Shown here: piece after piece, positions 12,401 to 22,949 of the stretch
Numbering within the stretch: the stretch's first letter is position 1
Layout of the letters: the number at the start of each line of letters is the position of its first letter
DNA from: a virus
Lineage: Duplodnaviria > Heunggongvirae > Uroviricota > Caudoviricetes
Length of the DNA stretch: 64,000 nucleotides
Strand: one strand, 5' to 3'
Virus record (IMG/VR): IMGVR_UViG_3300021400_000025
Location: 342,479-406,478 of that record
Translations under genes and position numbers: made by a program
The notes under the pieces: generated by a model
Told to the model about the DNA's origin: nothing
What the model saw: the letters and a program-made list of their open reading frames with translations, nothing else
The model's database searches: none

Positions 12401-14816
12401 AATTGGCGAATCTGCGCAAATCCACCTTGTCCTGTGAATCCTCCACGGATTTCCATTCATCATCATCATGGTATGTGAATCTGGATATCTTCTGCGAATC
12501 ATCCAATGTGAAACCACATTCAGGAAGGGAGAACATCTGGTTGGATGCCACCACAATGTCGGGCATCGTCCCCTGGACAACAGATGTCTTCTCCCCCGGA
12601 CTGAACTTGACTATGAAGGACTTGGGCTTCCATCTGGCATACAACGCAATCCCACGCATTCCGTCGAAGTTGGCCAGATCAAGAAAACCATCCAATCCCA
12701 GAATGTCATCCCCATTGGGGGTGGTTGAGAATCCCACCAGTTCATAGTCCACCTGATTTTCGCCATCTGTGTATCTGGGGGAGGACGAAATCATGCCACC
12801 AAGACTTGACATGGCAAGGGGGAACATGGATGATTCTGCGTGAAGATATACATACTTGGGACGTCCCTCGGCGTCAAACTCCACATCATCATGTTCAATG
12901 TTGACAAGTCCATCAAAATCCACATCAGATTCGATCATCTCCATCCCATTGCCCAGATTGAACCTGACAACAAGGAACACATGTCCATCTGGGAGGTAGG
13001 TCTGGACGCTGGGAGCGGCCCTCATCTTCATGCGCAAATCCCATGGCAGTCCTGAGACCCCCTCCACATCATCACGATTCTCCTTGCACAATGGACATAG
13101 GTTCCAAGCACGATCCCTGTCTTTTATGTAGCTGGCAATCTTCTTCTCAAGAACCTTCTGGAAATTGCGCAGCGTGGAAATCTCGTCGGAAGAAAGCCCA
13201 ATCTCACCATTTAGCTGATCGTCAGTGTATGCAGCCAATTTCCTCAGATATCTGACATACGGAACCTCATCACCCTCATAGAAGTACACCTGCCTGTTTT
13301 TGTCAGAGTTGAAGATGGATTCTGAATCCAGATATTTGAAGCCCATGTCAACATTGAAATGCCGATTGAACGTCTCCTTGGTCGTGGACTTGAACTTCAA
13401 GTATCTGTACAACCTGGAGAACACGCGCTCAATCACGATTGCGCACTGACCCTGGGAATACTAGATGATGTGTTCAGGATTGAATTCCTCTATTGCATTG
13501 GTCGATGAATTGTAGATGTTGAAGATTTTTTCGTTCTTGATCACGCTGAATGCATCCTCAAGCGCGTCAAATCCAAGTTCAAGCATCCTCTGCTTCTTGC
13601 CAATTCCAAGATCAACGCCAGATGGCTTGACTGTGGCATCTGTGTCTATGAACTCCTTGTAGTCTTGTGGAGACATCACCTCATATGCCCTTCCAAGATG
13701 AAGATTGGTGTATTTGGTGAAATCAGACTTGTTTGCCTCCGAATATACCTTGCCATTCTGGTGGAACCAATCGAAGTCTCCATTCGAGTAATCGCACACA
13801 ACATCTTTGGCATCATGCTTATATACAATGTCATGAATCTTGCCCAGCACTCCCCTTGGAGTCACATAGTCAGAACGTTGGTCATGTATGGACTTCGCGT
13901 TCCTCTTCAGCTCATCCCAAAGATCATCGTCCCAGATATATGATGTCCCATTTTCGTCCTTCGTCACGGACATTGGATTCATGTCCAGATATTCATCGTT
14001 GAAGGGATACTGCTCGTCTATGGCACGATACAGAAATTGATACCAGATGTCAAGGGCAAGAATGCCCTCCCATTCAGTGTGTGGCTGCTTGAATCCATAC
14101 ACAACATAGCTCATGCGGATGTTGGACATCTTGGCGAACAACTCGGCGATGTGTTCGCAGAAGGTGTAGATGTACGCCTTTGCGTCAGTTTCCTCAGATA
14201 TCGTTCGTCTGAACGAGTCCTTGACATCCTCAATGTCCTTTTGGAGGTTCCTCAGTCTGTATAGATTGGTGGAGATGGGGTGTCTGTTTTCGTCCACCTG
14301 GTCATTCTATGCATTGTATTTCCCACAGTTGTAGTCGTTGAGGAACTGGTCAGAGTAGATTCCAGTCCTTGCCATGTCAGGATTTTCTTCAACTTCATAT
14401 CTGGTCTGAGAATAGTCTATGAACGGCGTGTAGGTGAATGAATCAAGGAAGAACCTTCTGTTGTCCCTGTATTTCTGAAGCAAATCATTGTTCTCATACT
14501 GGGACTGGAACCAGTTATTGCCATTGCCCATCATCTGCTCCATGAAATCCTGGAGCATGATTCTGTCAATATGGTCGAATGGCGTGTTCAGCCTGTCCAT
14601 GATGTTGGCCCAATATAGAGGGTCGTTGCTGCCAGCCTCTAGAGTCATGTTGGACGCAAATTCCCTTGGACCCTTTCCCTGAAGCATGCCAAATCTATTC
14701 GTGCCAGATTCTTGCCCATGTGGAGGAGTTCCGTTGTCAACCTTCTCAGGCCTCATCACATCCTCTATGAACCCTTCCACTTGTCCCTCAATCAATGTTT
14801 TGATGGCATCGTACAT
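3477..14816 (-). CDS. Giant (3779 aa) virion/adhesin-like protein with InlB B-repeat-like units, FGE-sulfatase/C-type-lectin motifs and a vWA domain; TAG-recoded
   Basis: Twelve ORF-track fragments share one frame and are separated only by 13 TAGs; the gene ends at TGA 3477. Motifs: LYARWK/FLGW/FSAQW, YDMLGNVWEW..KVIKGGAY..NVGFRP, DLFFLFDASGS, LPTEAQWEYCCRAG. Confidence 0.85.
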
Positions 14817-14860
14817 CGTAAATTCTCTCTATGTTTCTTTCTGTTCGTCTTCCACATGGC

Positions 14861-14893
14861 TATTTACCATTGTTATGCGAAAATAGGTAAATA
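14861..14893. promoter_or_regulatory. Divergent pair of putative late promoters (GTAAATA)
   Basis: tatttac at 14861-14867 (minus) and gtaaata at 14887-14893 (plus), each upstream of a TAG-containing gene. Confidence 0.7.
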
Positions 14894-14921
14894 GAAAAGC
14901 ACAACCATAGAGAACAACAAA

Positions 14922-16202
14922 ATGAAGAAACTGAGCATAACGAAGGAGCGGTTCGAGAAGTCAAGGTACTTCAAGAGAAAATATGGGACTTTGAAGTTCG
15001 TGTCAGAAAGTGGAAAGACCTTCAAGACAGACAAGGGAGAGGTCATACGGTTCGTCTCCGAGGCGAGGGAATATGTGGACGACGACAGCATTGAAGAGGA
15101 CAGTGCAGAGGAGTTCATCATATTCGATGACCCTGACATATTCAACAAGATTGCCAATGTCCACAAGAAGGAGGAGAAGAAGGTTGAGAAGGAAATCGAA
15201 CAGCAAGACATCACCAAGCAGGATGTTGTGCAGACTGCATAGAATGGACCTTCCATTGGCGGACAAGTGGCTTCATCTGCAATATCTGCCACAGGAAGCA
15301 TAATCTCCAATCCCACAGTGGTCACGCTCGCGGCGAGCGCATATGGAGCATCCAAGGCGAAGGAAACCGTGGACACCCTCAAGCAGGCCCTACAAGACTA
15401 CAAAGACCTCCAGAAATACCAGCAAGTCCAGCAAGTGGCGCGGAATTCTGTAGACGCATATACCAATAGAGTGTCCCAGAAATTGGGGGTGGATGTCAAG
15501 TTGTTAAACAAAGGACAGGAGTGGGTCAACAACCTCAGTGATTCTGAATTCAAGAGGCTGGGTCTGGACAAGGTTCCAGACCGCAGCATGGAATACTACA
15601 AGATTGTGTCTCAGGGACTGCCAGAGGGGGAGAGGGCTGCATTCTTGAAAAACGCAGAGAAGGTGGCAACCACTGCCGCATCTGCTGGCGCAGGTGCCGC
15701 CGGAGCAGGAGCAGCATCTGGAACAACCATATTTGGAATGAGCCTCGCAACAATTGGATGGATCGCGGCAGGAGTTGCTGCTGCAGCCATCATAACGCCG
15801 TACATCTACGACAAAGTGAGAGCCTGCACCAAGACTTGGCTTGCCGACATCATAGCAGAAGTCAAGTTCAAGGCAGATGGAAAGGACTACAGATGCTTCT
15901 ACGACCTTGACGAGAACAAGTGGATTCTCACATACGCGAACGTGAAGTGGACAAGCTACATGGACAACAAGCTGGACAAGGAGACAACAGACGAGTTCTT
16001 CAACTCCCAGTTCTTCAAGAAGTTCCTTGACAAGTGCAAGCAGACGTTCGCGTTCCTGTTCTCAACAGGAAAGAACGAAGTCGTGTTCAAGACCCTCCCT
16101 GAAATCAAGGACGCGCCAAAGGAACTCAAGGACATCCTGGAGAAGATTTACGACAACAAGGGCGCAATCACGAAGAATCTGTTCACAGGCAGACACGATT
16201 GA
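14922..16202 (+). CDS. Hypothetical late protein (426 aa) with a shared N-terminal leader module and a hydrophobic segment; one internal TAG
   Basis: ORFs 14922..15242 and 15267..16202 are in frame across TAG 15240. Ala/Gly-rich stretch followed by a hydrophobic helix. Confidence 0.8.
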
Positions 16203-16225
16203 ACCAATTGCTCCCAAGAAGGTAG

Positions 16226-16257
16226 AAAAGGCTGGGAAATCAACTTCCCAGCCTTTT
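16226..16257. terminator. Bidirectional intrinsic terminator
   Basis: Perfect inverted repeat aaaaggctgggaa/ttcccagcctttt between convergent genes. Confidence 0.85.
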
Positions 16258-16280
16258 GCCTGCAATGTAAATGCATCAAG

Positions 16281-18494
16281 TCATGCATCAACGCATGTGT
16301 GCTTGACCCTCTGTTCAGTCTCCTTCTGCTTGCCATAGTTGAACGCAGTCTTGTAGTCGCCGGTCAAGTAGCCTGTCACGCGGCGGAGACGCTGGATGTT
16401 CGTGGAGCCGCACTGTGGACATTTCTTCCCAATCTCGTCCGTGTACCCACAATCGTTGCAGATGTCGTTCGGGACGTTGATTGCGAAATAGGGGATATCG
16501 TGATCCATGGCATAGTTCACAAGTTCCTCAACAGCCTGGATGTTGTTCTTCGCCGTCCCATCAAGTTCAACATAGGTGATGCAACCTGCCGATGAATATC
16601 CCGTCAACTGACTTTCAAGGTCAATCTTCTCAAACGGCGTCATCTTCTCCCACACAGGAACATGCATGGAATTGGTGAAGTAGTCGTGGTCGGAGACATG
16701 TTCAATCTCGCCATACTTCGCCTTGAACTTCTTCATCGCAGTGTAACACAGGTTCTCAGCCGGAGTGAAATACACGCCAAAGTTCAGCTTGTGTTCCTTC
16801 TTGAACTCCGCGCACCTGTCCTTGAACAACTGCTCAATGTGTTTCGCCAACTCCATTCCCTTCTTCGTGGTGTGGTTGCATCCAATGAGGATATGAAGTG
16901 TCTCCGCCAATCCCAACTGACCAATAGCCAAAGTGCCATGCTTCAACGCGGACTTGATTCCCTCTTCGGGCTTGTAGCCATACATTGTCCCATTTTCGTA
17001 CATGAACTTCGCGGACGCTGCCGGCTGAGAGCTTATCCAATCGAACCTTTCAAGCAAGGAATCCTTCGCCTCATGTATCTTCTTGTCCAAGAGCTTCATG
17101 AACTCCTCCACGACGTCAGTTCCAGCCTTCTCAGCCTTCTTCTTGGCCTGCATCGCCAATGTCGGCATAATGATTGTCGTCGGACATATGTTTCCGCGGC
17201 CGTCCTTCAACTGAACCAACTTGGGGTCTTCCGCGTTGATATCGGCAAGGTTGGCGGTTCTGCATCCCATCGTGCTGAAATAGGTGCATGGGTTGTTGGG
17301 GTCATAGCCAGCTGCATTAGACCAATCCACGTTCGCATAGTTCGGATACAATCTCAATGCAGTTGACTTGCAAGCCAACTTGAACAAGTCGTAGTTGGGA
17401 TCGCCCTTTTTTCTGTTCACGCCCTTCATGCACTGGAAGATGCCACATGGGAATATGCTCGTCTTGTGGAATTTGCCAATTCCCTTGATAGAACCCTCAA
17501 TCAGGGCTTTCGTCACCATGCGTCCCTCTGGCAACGTGCATGTGCCATAGTTGATGGATGTGAACGGAAGCTGATTTCCACTTCTGCTCTGAAGGGTGTT
17601 GAGGTTGTGGTACATTCCCTCAACTGCCTGCTCAAGTTCCTGAACGGTCTTGTCCATTGCGTACTTGTATGCTTCAGTGTCCTTATTGTAGATGTTTGCA
17701 TCTATTGAAAGTTCACGCACCTGTTCCTTCGTATGTCCAGAAATCTCGTTCTCCTTCTCAATGTACTTCATTCCATCCAAATAGTGCTTCCAGAAGCTCA
17801 AACGCACGTACGGAACCATCGTCCAGTCTAGGTGCGTAGCAGCTACTCCACCAAACTGCTGAAGGGATTGAAGTTGGAATATCACAGCCACCAACTGAAA
17901 TGCCGTGCTGATTGAACCTGCTGGTCTTATATCACCCTGCCTTGTGTTGAAGCCCTCTTTCAGCAACTTGTCAAATGGTATCGACAAGCAATTATGGGAG
18001 CCAACCGCGTAGGCATCAAGGTCGTGGATGTATACCTCGTTGTTGTTGTGGTTGTGCCTTGTCTTCTTCGACACCAGATGCTCAAGGGCGTAGTTTTTCA
18101 TCACATAGGAAGCGGTCTCGCCCATTCTCCCACCAAATGAATACTCATCAACGTTGGCGTTCTGGTTCTGGACATTGGATGCGGTCAGCTTCTCAGTGAG
18201 GTATTTGGTGTTCCTGACCCTCTCCTTCTCGTAGCGGTATGTGATGTACTTCTTCGCCACCTCGTATCCCGCGGCCTCCATTATCTTCTTCTCAATGACA
18301 TCTTCCAGTATGTCTATGTCAATAGGCTCTTCCAATGTCTCGCAGAACGCAACAACTGAATCTGTTATGCGCTTCAACTGCTTTGAGGTCAGCTTCTCGT
18401 CTGCCTTTACGTTCTCGTTTGCCTTGATTATTGAATTCAGAATCTTCTTCGGCTCCAGGTCTTCAACCTTGCCATCTCGTTTAATCACTGTCAT
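16281..18494 (-). CDS. nrdD: Anaerobic (class III) ribonucleoside-triphosphate reductase
   Basis: ATP cone VIKRDG, YIHDL, TMGCRT, TPAENL, CxxC...CPxCG, glycyl-radical motif RRVTGYL. Confidence 0.97.
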   Translation of the reverse strand: MTVIKRDGKVEDLEPKKILNSIIKANENVKADEKLTSKQLKRITDSVVAFCETLEEPIDIDILEDVIEKKIMEAAGYEVAKKYITYRYEKERVRNTKYLTEKLTASNVQNQNANVDEYSFGGRMGETASYVMKNYALEHLVSKKTRHNHNNNEVYIHDLDAYAVGSHNCLSIPFDKLLKEGFNTRQGDIRPAGSISTAFQLVAVIFQLQSLQQFGGVAATHLDWTMVPYVRLSFWKHYLDGMKYIEKENEISGHTKEQVRELSIDANIYNKDTEAYKYAMDKTVQELEQAVEGMYHNLNTLQSRSGNQLPFTSINYGTCTLPEGRMVTKALIEGSIKGIGKFHKTSIFPCGIFQCMKGVNRKKGDPNYDLFKLACKSTALRLYPNYANVDWSNAAGYDPNNPCTYFSTMGCRTANLADINAEDPKLVQLKDGRGNICPTTIIMPTLAMQAKKKAEKAGTDVVEEFMKLLDKKIHEAKDSLLERFDWISSQPAASAKFMYENGTMYGYKPEEGIKSALKHGTLAIGQLGLAETLHILIGCNHTTKKGMELAKHIEQLFKDRCAEFKKEHKLNFGVYFTPAENLCYTAMKKFKAKYGEIEHVSDHDYFTNSMHVPVWEKMTPFEKIDLESQLTGYSSAGCITYVELDGTAKNNIQAVEELVNYAMDHDIPYFAINVPNDICNDCGYTDEIGKKCPQCGSTNIQRLRRVTGYLTGDYKTAFNYGKQKETEQRVKHTCVDA

Positions 18495-18507
18495 TTCCGT
18501 TTACCCT

Positions 18508-19035
18508 TCAATTTCTAAAATTCACTTCAACTATCTTTCCAGACTTCAATGTCTTCTTGACGTCAATCACCCTCTGGTTGGATGAACCTCTGAATGGGCA
18601 TGAAAGATCCTTCTTCTCCTGGATGAACTCGCCATCGACAATGACATCAACACAGTCGAGAATGCCCTTCATGCTGTTGTCTGTTGAAATGTCCTCGAAC
18701 CTGTATCCTGTCCAAAGCCAAATGTCCTTGGTTGGAAACTGTTTCTTGACCTCACTGCATAGATTGATAATCTGAGTTCTATTGTCGGAGCATACACTAA
18801 GTGGCTCGCCACCCATCAGGCTCAAGCCATCACATGTTGGTTTTTCAAGTTCACCGAAAATCTTCTGTTTCGCTTCTTCGTCAAATGGCTTTCCAAACTC
18901 AGGTTCCTGAGCCTCAGGGTTGAAGCATCCTGGACATTTGCGCAAACAACCAGTGACCCACAATGTGCATCTAAACCCCAGTCCATTGGAAATGTCGGCC
19001 TTCAAAATCTTTGTGTAATTCATGCTTTGTATCAC
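18508..19035 (-). CDS. nrdG: Anaerobic RNR activating radical-SAM enzyme
   Basis: GCLRKCPGCFN, GGEPL, WLWTGY, FRGSSNQRVID; adjacent to nrdD. Confidence 0.95.
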   Translation of the reverse strand: MIQSMNYTKILKADISNGLGFRCTLWVTGCLRKCPGCFNPEAQEPEFGKPFDEEAKQKIFGELEKPTCDGLSLMGGEPLSVCSDNRTQIINLCSEVKKQFPTKDIWLWTGYRFEDISTDNSMKGILDCVDVIVDGEFIQEKKDLSCPFRGSSNQRVIDVKKTLKSGKIVEVNFRN

Positions 19036-19232
19036 CTTAAAATTTCAACTTGTCCAAGCTATATTTACGCCACACCACCCTTCAATTATACCCTTGTTCA
19101 ACAACAATAATTCGACAAAATTTTCCATCAACCCCAATGTTTTCATTCGATTTTTTGTATATATGGGGAAAGAAAAAGGACGCCCATCAGAGAGCATCCT
19201 TGGCAACAACAGAAAGTCATTGTTGTATTTCA

Positions 19233-20951
19233 TCAGTTCCTGCGGAACACATACCCATCTTCCTCGAAATAATCGTTGATGAGAAGGTCTCTTCCGAAGG
19301 AATCGTAGTCGAAGTAATTACGTACTGTGTCTGGAGCCAACTGGTCAACGCCACCAAGACTATCAACATAGTCATAGGCAACCTGCTGGTCCGATTCGTA
19401 CTCGCCCTGGTCATAGCCATCGTTGTCGTAGTAGTGATCTGGATCTTCAGGCTCTCCTTCGGAGTCCGTGTTGTCGGGATCTCCACGGTGGAAATCATAC
19501 ATCAAGTCGCGTCCAAAGGAATCGTAGTCGAAGTATGTGTCAAGGTTCTCCTGACCAACACTGTCCCAGCCCATGTCGTCAACAATATGGTAGGCGAAAT
19601 CCTCTGGGGAGTCAAACTGTCCTTCGTATGCGTCCTCAAAGTCCTCAATGCTGTCGTTGTCGGTGTAGCTGACATATGCTGCGTAGGCATCCTTCTGGGA
19701 ATCGTCCATCAAGTAGTATTCGTTGATCTTGTCAAACTCCTCCTCGGTTGGCAGACCACCTTCGTGATACCACTTCTCTGGGAAGTTCTCGTAGTCCTGA
19801 ACCATGAACTCCGGATCATCCTCGTCCTCATGCAGCTTGTAGCAGGCTTCAAGGAACTCCTCGTATGTGTTGTACTTGGACAGGTCAATCCACTTGCCAT
19901 CAATGCTGCCATTGTTGTACTTGGCGTATGTACCAACGTAGATTTTTGGGGTATCGCCAATGTAGTTGTCCCCATCGTCGGCTTCCTTCAACATTTTTAT
20001 CTTATTCACAACAACCATTGGAGTTGAATTGTCATAGTTTCTTCCCATTTTTACCTGCACAGATATGTTGTCATATCTTTGTTCAAGTAGTTCAGCAAAC
20101 TCTTTAGCATCTTTGATGCTATAATCATCGTCAAATAAAATAAAAGATGTATTATCATCACCTCTTACATTTTTAACACCAACAACATTTTCGTCGCCAA
20201 GGTCGCTTATCAACTTGAGAAAGTTACGTCCATTCGCCATGAACGGAAACTTTGCATTTTCCTTCACAATCTTTCTGGATTTCATCTTCTGCTTCCCAGT
20301 GGATTCGTTGTACACATCAATGCTTGTTCTATTGACAATCCTGTAAATGGTATCATCGTCCTCAATGCCCTCATATCCTCCAGGGAGGTCAACGATGTCG
20401 CGGTAGTTGAATTCCTCAATCGTCTGAATTTCAGGATATCTGTTGAAGAGGTCTTCCATCAGAAAGAAATAGTCGTCAGCCTCAGCTCCATCGCCAGACA
20501 TATCATTGATGTCTTCAAGTTCCTGCGCGAACTTCTGGACTTTCCTCTTGTCCTGTCCATAATACAATCCATGAATCGCCGTGTGCATGTTCCTGAAATT
20601 GACTGCCCACATTATCTGCTTTCTGGATTCGTTCACCATATCCTAATCCTCATCGCTGAAATCTTCGTCTTCTTCTTCATGATAGCCGACATCCTTGAAT
20701 CCCTTTGCGTCAATCGCTGCAAGAAACTCTGGAATCTGGTCCTTTGAAATGAAATCCTCATCGTACAGCTCGTACTCTCTGTCTCCATAGTCCACCCTTC
20801 CAATTGGCGCACCTCTGTAGTAGATTTCATATCCATGGTCATAGCCACCAAGACCCATTTCCCAATTGCCGCAACGTCCATGCTTGCCGTTGTCGTCAAT
20901 CTGATCCATGACCTTCCTCAATGGGGCGAAATTCAATTTCCTTGTCTTCAT
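19233..20951 (-). CDS. ardA: Modular protein (572 aa) ending in an ArdA-like antirestriction DNA-mimic domain; one internal TAG
   Basis: C-terminal KIYVGTYAKYNNGSIDGKWIDL, EFMVQDYENFP and YFDYDSFGRDL (twice), highly acidic. ORF 20643..20957 is in frame across TAG 20643. GTAAATA at 20985-20991. Confidence 0.85.
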
Positions 20952-21002
20952 TTGCAAATCTCTATGTTGATTGTTTTCAAAGACTATTTACAAAAAAGGC
21001 GA

Positions 21003-21164
21003 TTATTTCACGACAACGCGGTCATGTCCATCCCAATCAGTGAATTCAATGTTGGAGATGTCCTTGTACCAATCCTTGTCCTCGTCAATCAGAAAAACCT
21101 CGACGTTTCCACGCTGTCTCTCCAATTCAGAAAGGCGTTCAATCATTTCAAGCAATCGCATCAT
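21003..21164 (-). CDS. Small hypothetical protein (53 aa)
   Basis: ATG overlaps the TGA of the upstream gene; MMRLLEMIERLSELERQRGNVEV...; ends TAA. Confidence 0.55.
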   Translation of the reverse strand: MMRLLEMIERLSELERQRGNVEVFLIDEDKDWYKDISNIEFTDWDGHDRVVVK

Positions 21165-21610
21165 TTCTCCTTCAGTTGATCTTGTTCCATGTTTGAAAGC
21201 ATGGTGTTGACGAACCTGCCATAGTCAAGGTATCGAATTCTCGTTCCAGCCTTGATTTGCTCAAAGATGTTCTGGTCTCTGATTCCATTCAACTTCATCA
21301 AAAACCACGCCAATCTGGTTGAGCCATACACCTTCCATGATATCGAGGGCCAATGCATGTCTGTTGGGCAGATGTACCATTGGCAAACCTCGTCTGGAAT
21401 GTCAATCAAGTAGAAGGTTGAATTCAAATTGTACTGCCATCGCCCTTCCTTGTCTATGAACAAAGAGAACATCTTGTCAAGGTCGAAGAAGTCAGGGGAG
21501 GCATCATTGGATGAATGGACATATTGATCTATTTCATCAACATACACCCCATCCATCGAATATGGCTTTCCAACCACCTTGTTGTTCTGCAATCCTCTGC
21601 TCTCGGACAT
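21161..21610 (-). CDS. Baseplate wedge gp53-like / LysM-like protein
   Basis: WPSISWKVYGSTRLAWFLMKLNGI resembles the gp53 'IS..YG...WWIL..N.I' pattern; GTAAATA at 21631. Confidence 0.6.
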   Translation of the reverse strand: MSESRGLQNNKVVGKPYSMDGVYVDEIDQYVHSSNDASPDFFDLDKMFSLFIDKEGRWQYNLNSTFYLIDIPDEVCQWYICPTDMHWPSISWKVYGSTRLAWFLMKLNGIRDQNIFEQIKAGTRIRYLDYGRFVNTMLSNMEQDQLKEK

Positions 21611-21639
21611 GATATGCTCTCCTCATCATGTATTTACCA

Positions 21640-22026
21640 TCATGCACTCAATCTTGACTTGATTTTCCGCCAATATGGCTTGGTTCTGCTCTTGCGATGC
21701 CCCTTTGGACCACCATTCCAGATTCTTGCGTACTTCTCGTTCGTGGCATTGACTCCCCCATGCAGAAGAAGGTATTTGCGGCAGATCTCCCTTGATTTCT
21801 CAATGGATTTTCTGTCGGCGTAGGTGTAGGAGGTTCCATACGCCTTGTTCACGTCGTCAACAACTTCCTTGTGGATTTGCAAGGGTCCGATGGCTTTTCC
21901 ATTGTCCCCAACAGCATGAGCCTCACCATTTGACTCAACATGAACAAGCGCGTCAATCAACCTCTCGGAAGGAGAGGCGAACGCTGAAAGACATGTCATG
22001 AGCAATATGAACGGCAGAAAACGCAT
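21640..22026 (-). CDS. Secreted lysozyme-fold muramidase/transglycosylase (destabilase-like)
   Basis: Signal peptide; LVHVESNG, GDNGKAIGPLQIH, ARIWNGGPKG. Confidence 0.8.
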   Translation of the reverse strand: MRFLPFILLMTCLSAFASPSERLIDALVHVESNGEAHAVGDNGKAIGPLQIHKEVVDDVNKAYGTSYTYADRKSIEKSREICRKYLLLHGGVNATNEKYARIWNGGPKGHRKSRTKPYWRKIKSRLSA

Positions 22027-22032
22027 AGGCTT

Positions 22033-22884
22033 CTATTTACCATTCTCGAACAGCCCAATGTAGAGGAACTTGGCGCACACGCTGAACGCGAAATTCCCTA
22101 CATGGTAGTTGAACACGGTGATTTTGTCGAACAAGAAGGATATTGCGTCTTCATGGTCTGAAAACCTAATCTCGTCTCCTCCTGGCATCACCACCACTAT
22201 CGTCCAATAGGATGGCATTGAGTCACTGGAGCAGGTTCCAATCAACCCCTCCATGAACTCTTCCTGCGTGTAGGGGGTGGTTCTCTTGCAGATGTCAACG
22301 AGGGTCATGTTTCAATTTTCCTTCCATTTCAACTTGCTGAACGCCTCAATAACATCAGCGTCGATGTTCGTCCTTCCATCCTTGGAATCCTCAACCCAAA
22401 CAGTGATACCGCAATGGCTGTCGGTCACCCAAGAAGTGATGGAAACCTCCCGTATGGTTTTTGACAAGGAGGCGTTGAACAAATCACCAAGAAACTCCCC
22501 GACTCCATCTTTACTGTAGCACCTAAACTTTTGTTCAAAACTGTTCTTGTAGGTGCATACGATGATTGACTTGATTGGGAGATTGCCCTTGCTCTTGAGG
22601 ACAGCCCCCAATTCCCAAACTATTTCGCAACTGCTTCTCATTGATCAGAACTCCGCGTTGCGCATGTTCCTGAACAATTCCTCGGGACGATTGATGTAGT
22701 GGATTGCGAACCAAGTGGCCGAGAACGCCATCCAAAGCAGATAGATTGGGAAGATGACGATGGTGGCGACAACCCCCAGAATCCAAGCAGGTATCATCAC
22801 CAGAAGGACATAGGGGAGCGACTTCCTGTTTGTCCTCTTGCGATATTCCTCAACCTGCCCACCAAACAATTGATAATCTGTCAT
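22033..22884 (-). CDS. Three small hypothetical early genes (22033-22308, 22312-22641, 22645-22884; the last is a membrane protein)
   Basis: Tightly packed co-oriented ORFs downstream of the promoter at 22916-22949. Confidence 0.65.
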
Positions 22885-22904
22885 GTCTATTCTCCTCGTT
22901 TCAA

Positions 22905-22949
22905 TCAACACCAATATTATAGCATATCAACATGCCCAATGTCAAGGGG
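22905..22949 (-). promoter_or_regulatory. Early sigma70-type promoter
   Basis: CCCC-TTGACA-N18-TATAAT-ATTGGTGTTG. Confidence 0.8.

Noticed and set aside
3477-14816. Cluster of small genes or pseudogene fragments, as in the ORF track
   Set aside because: All fragments share one frame and are broken only by TAG, never TAA or TGA, so one recoded gene explains them.
16281-18494. Intron or intein in nrdD
   Set aside because: The ORF is continuous, of normal length and has contiguous motifs.
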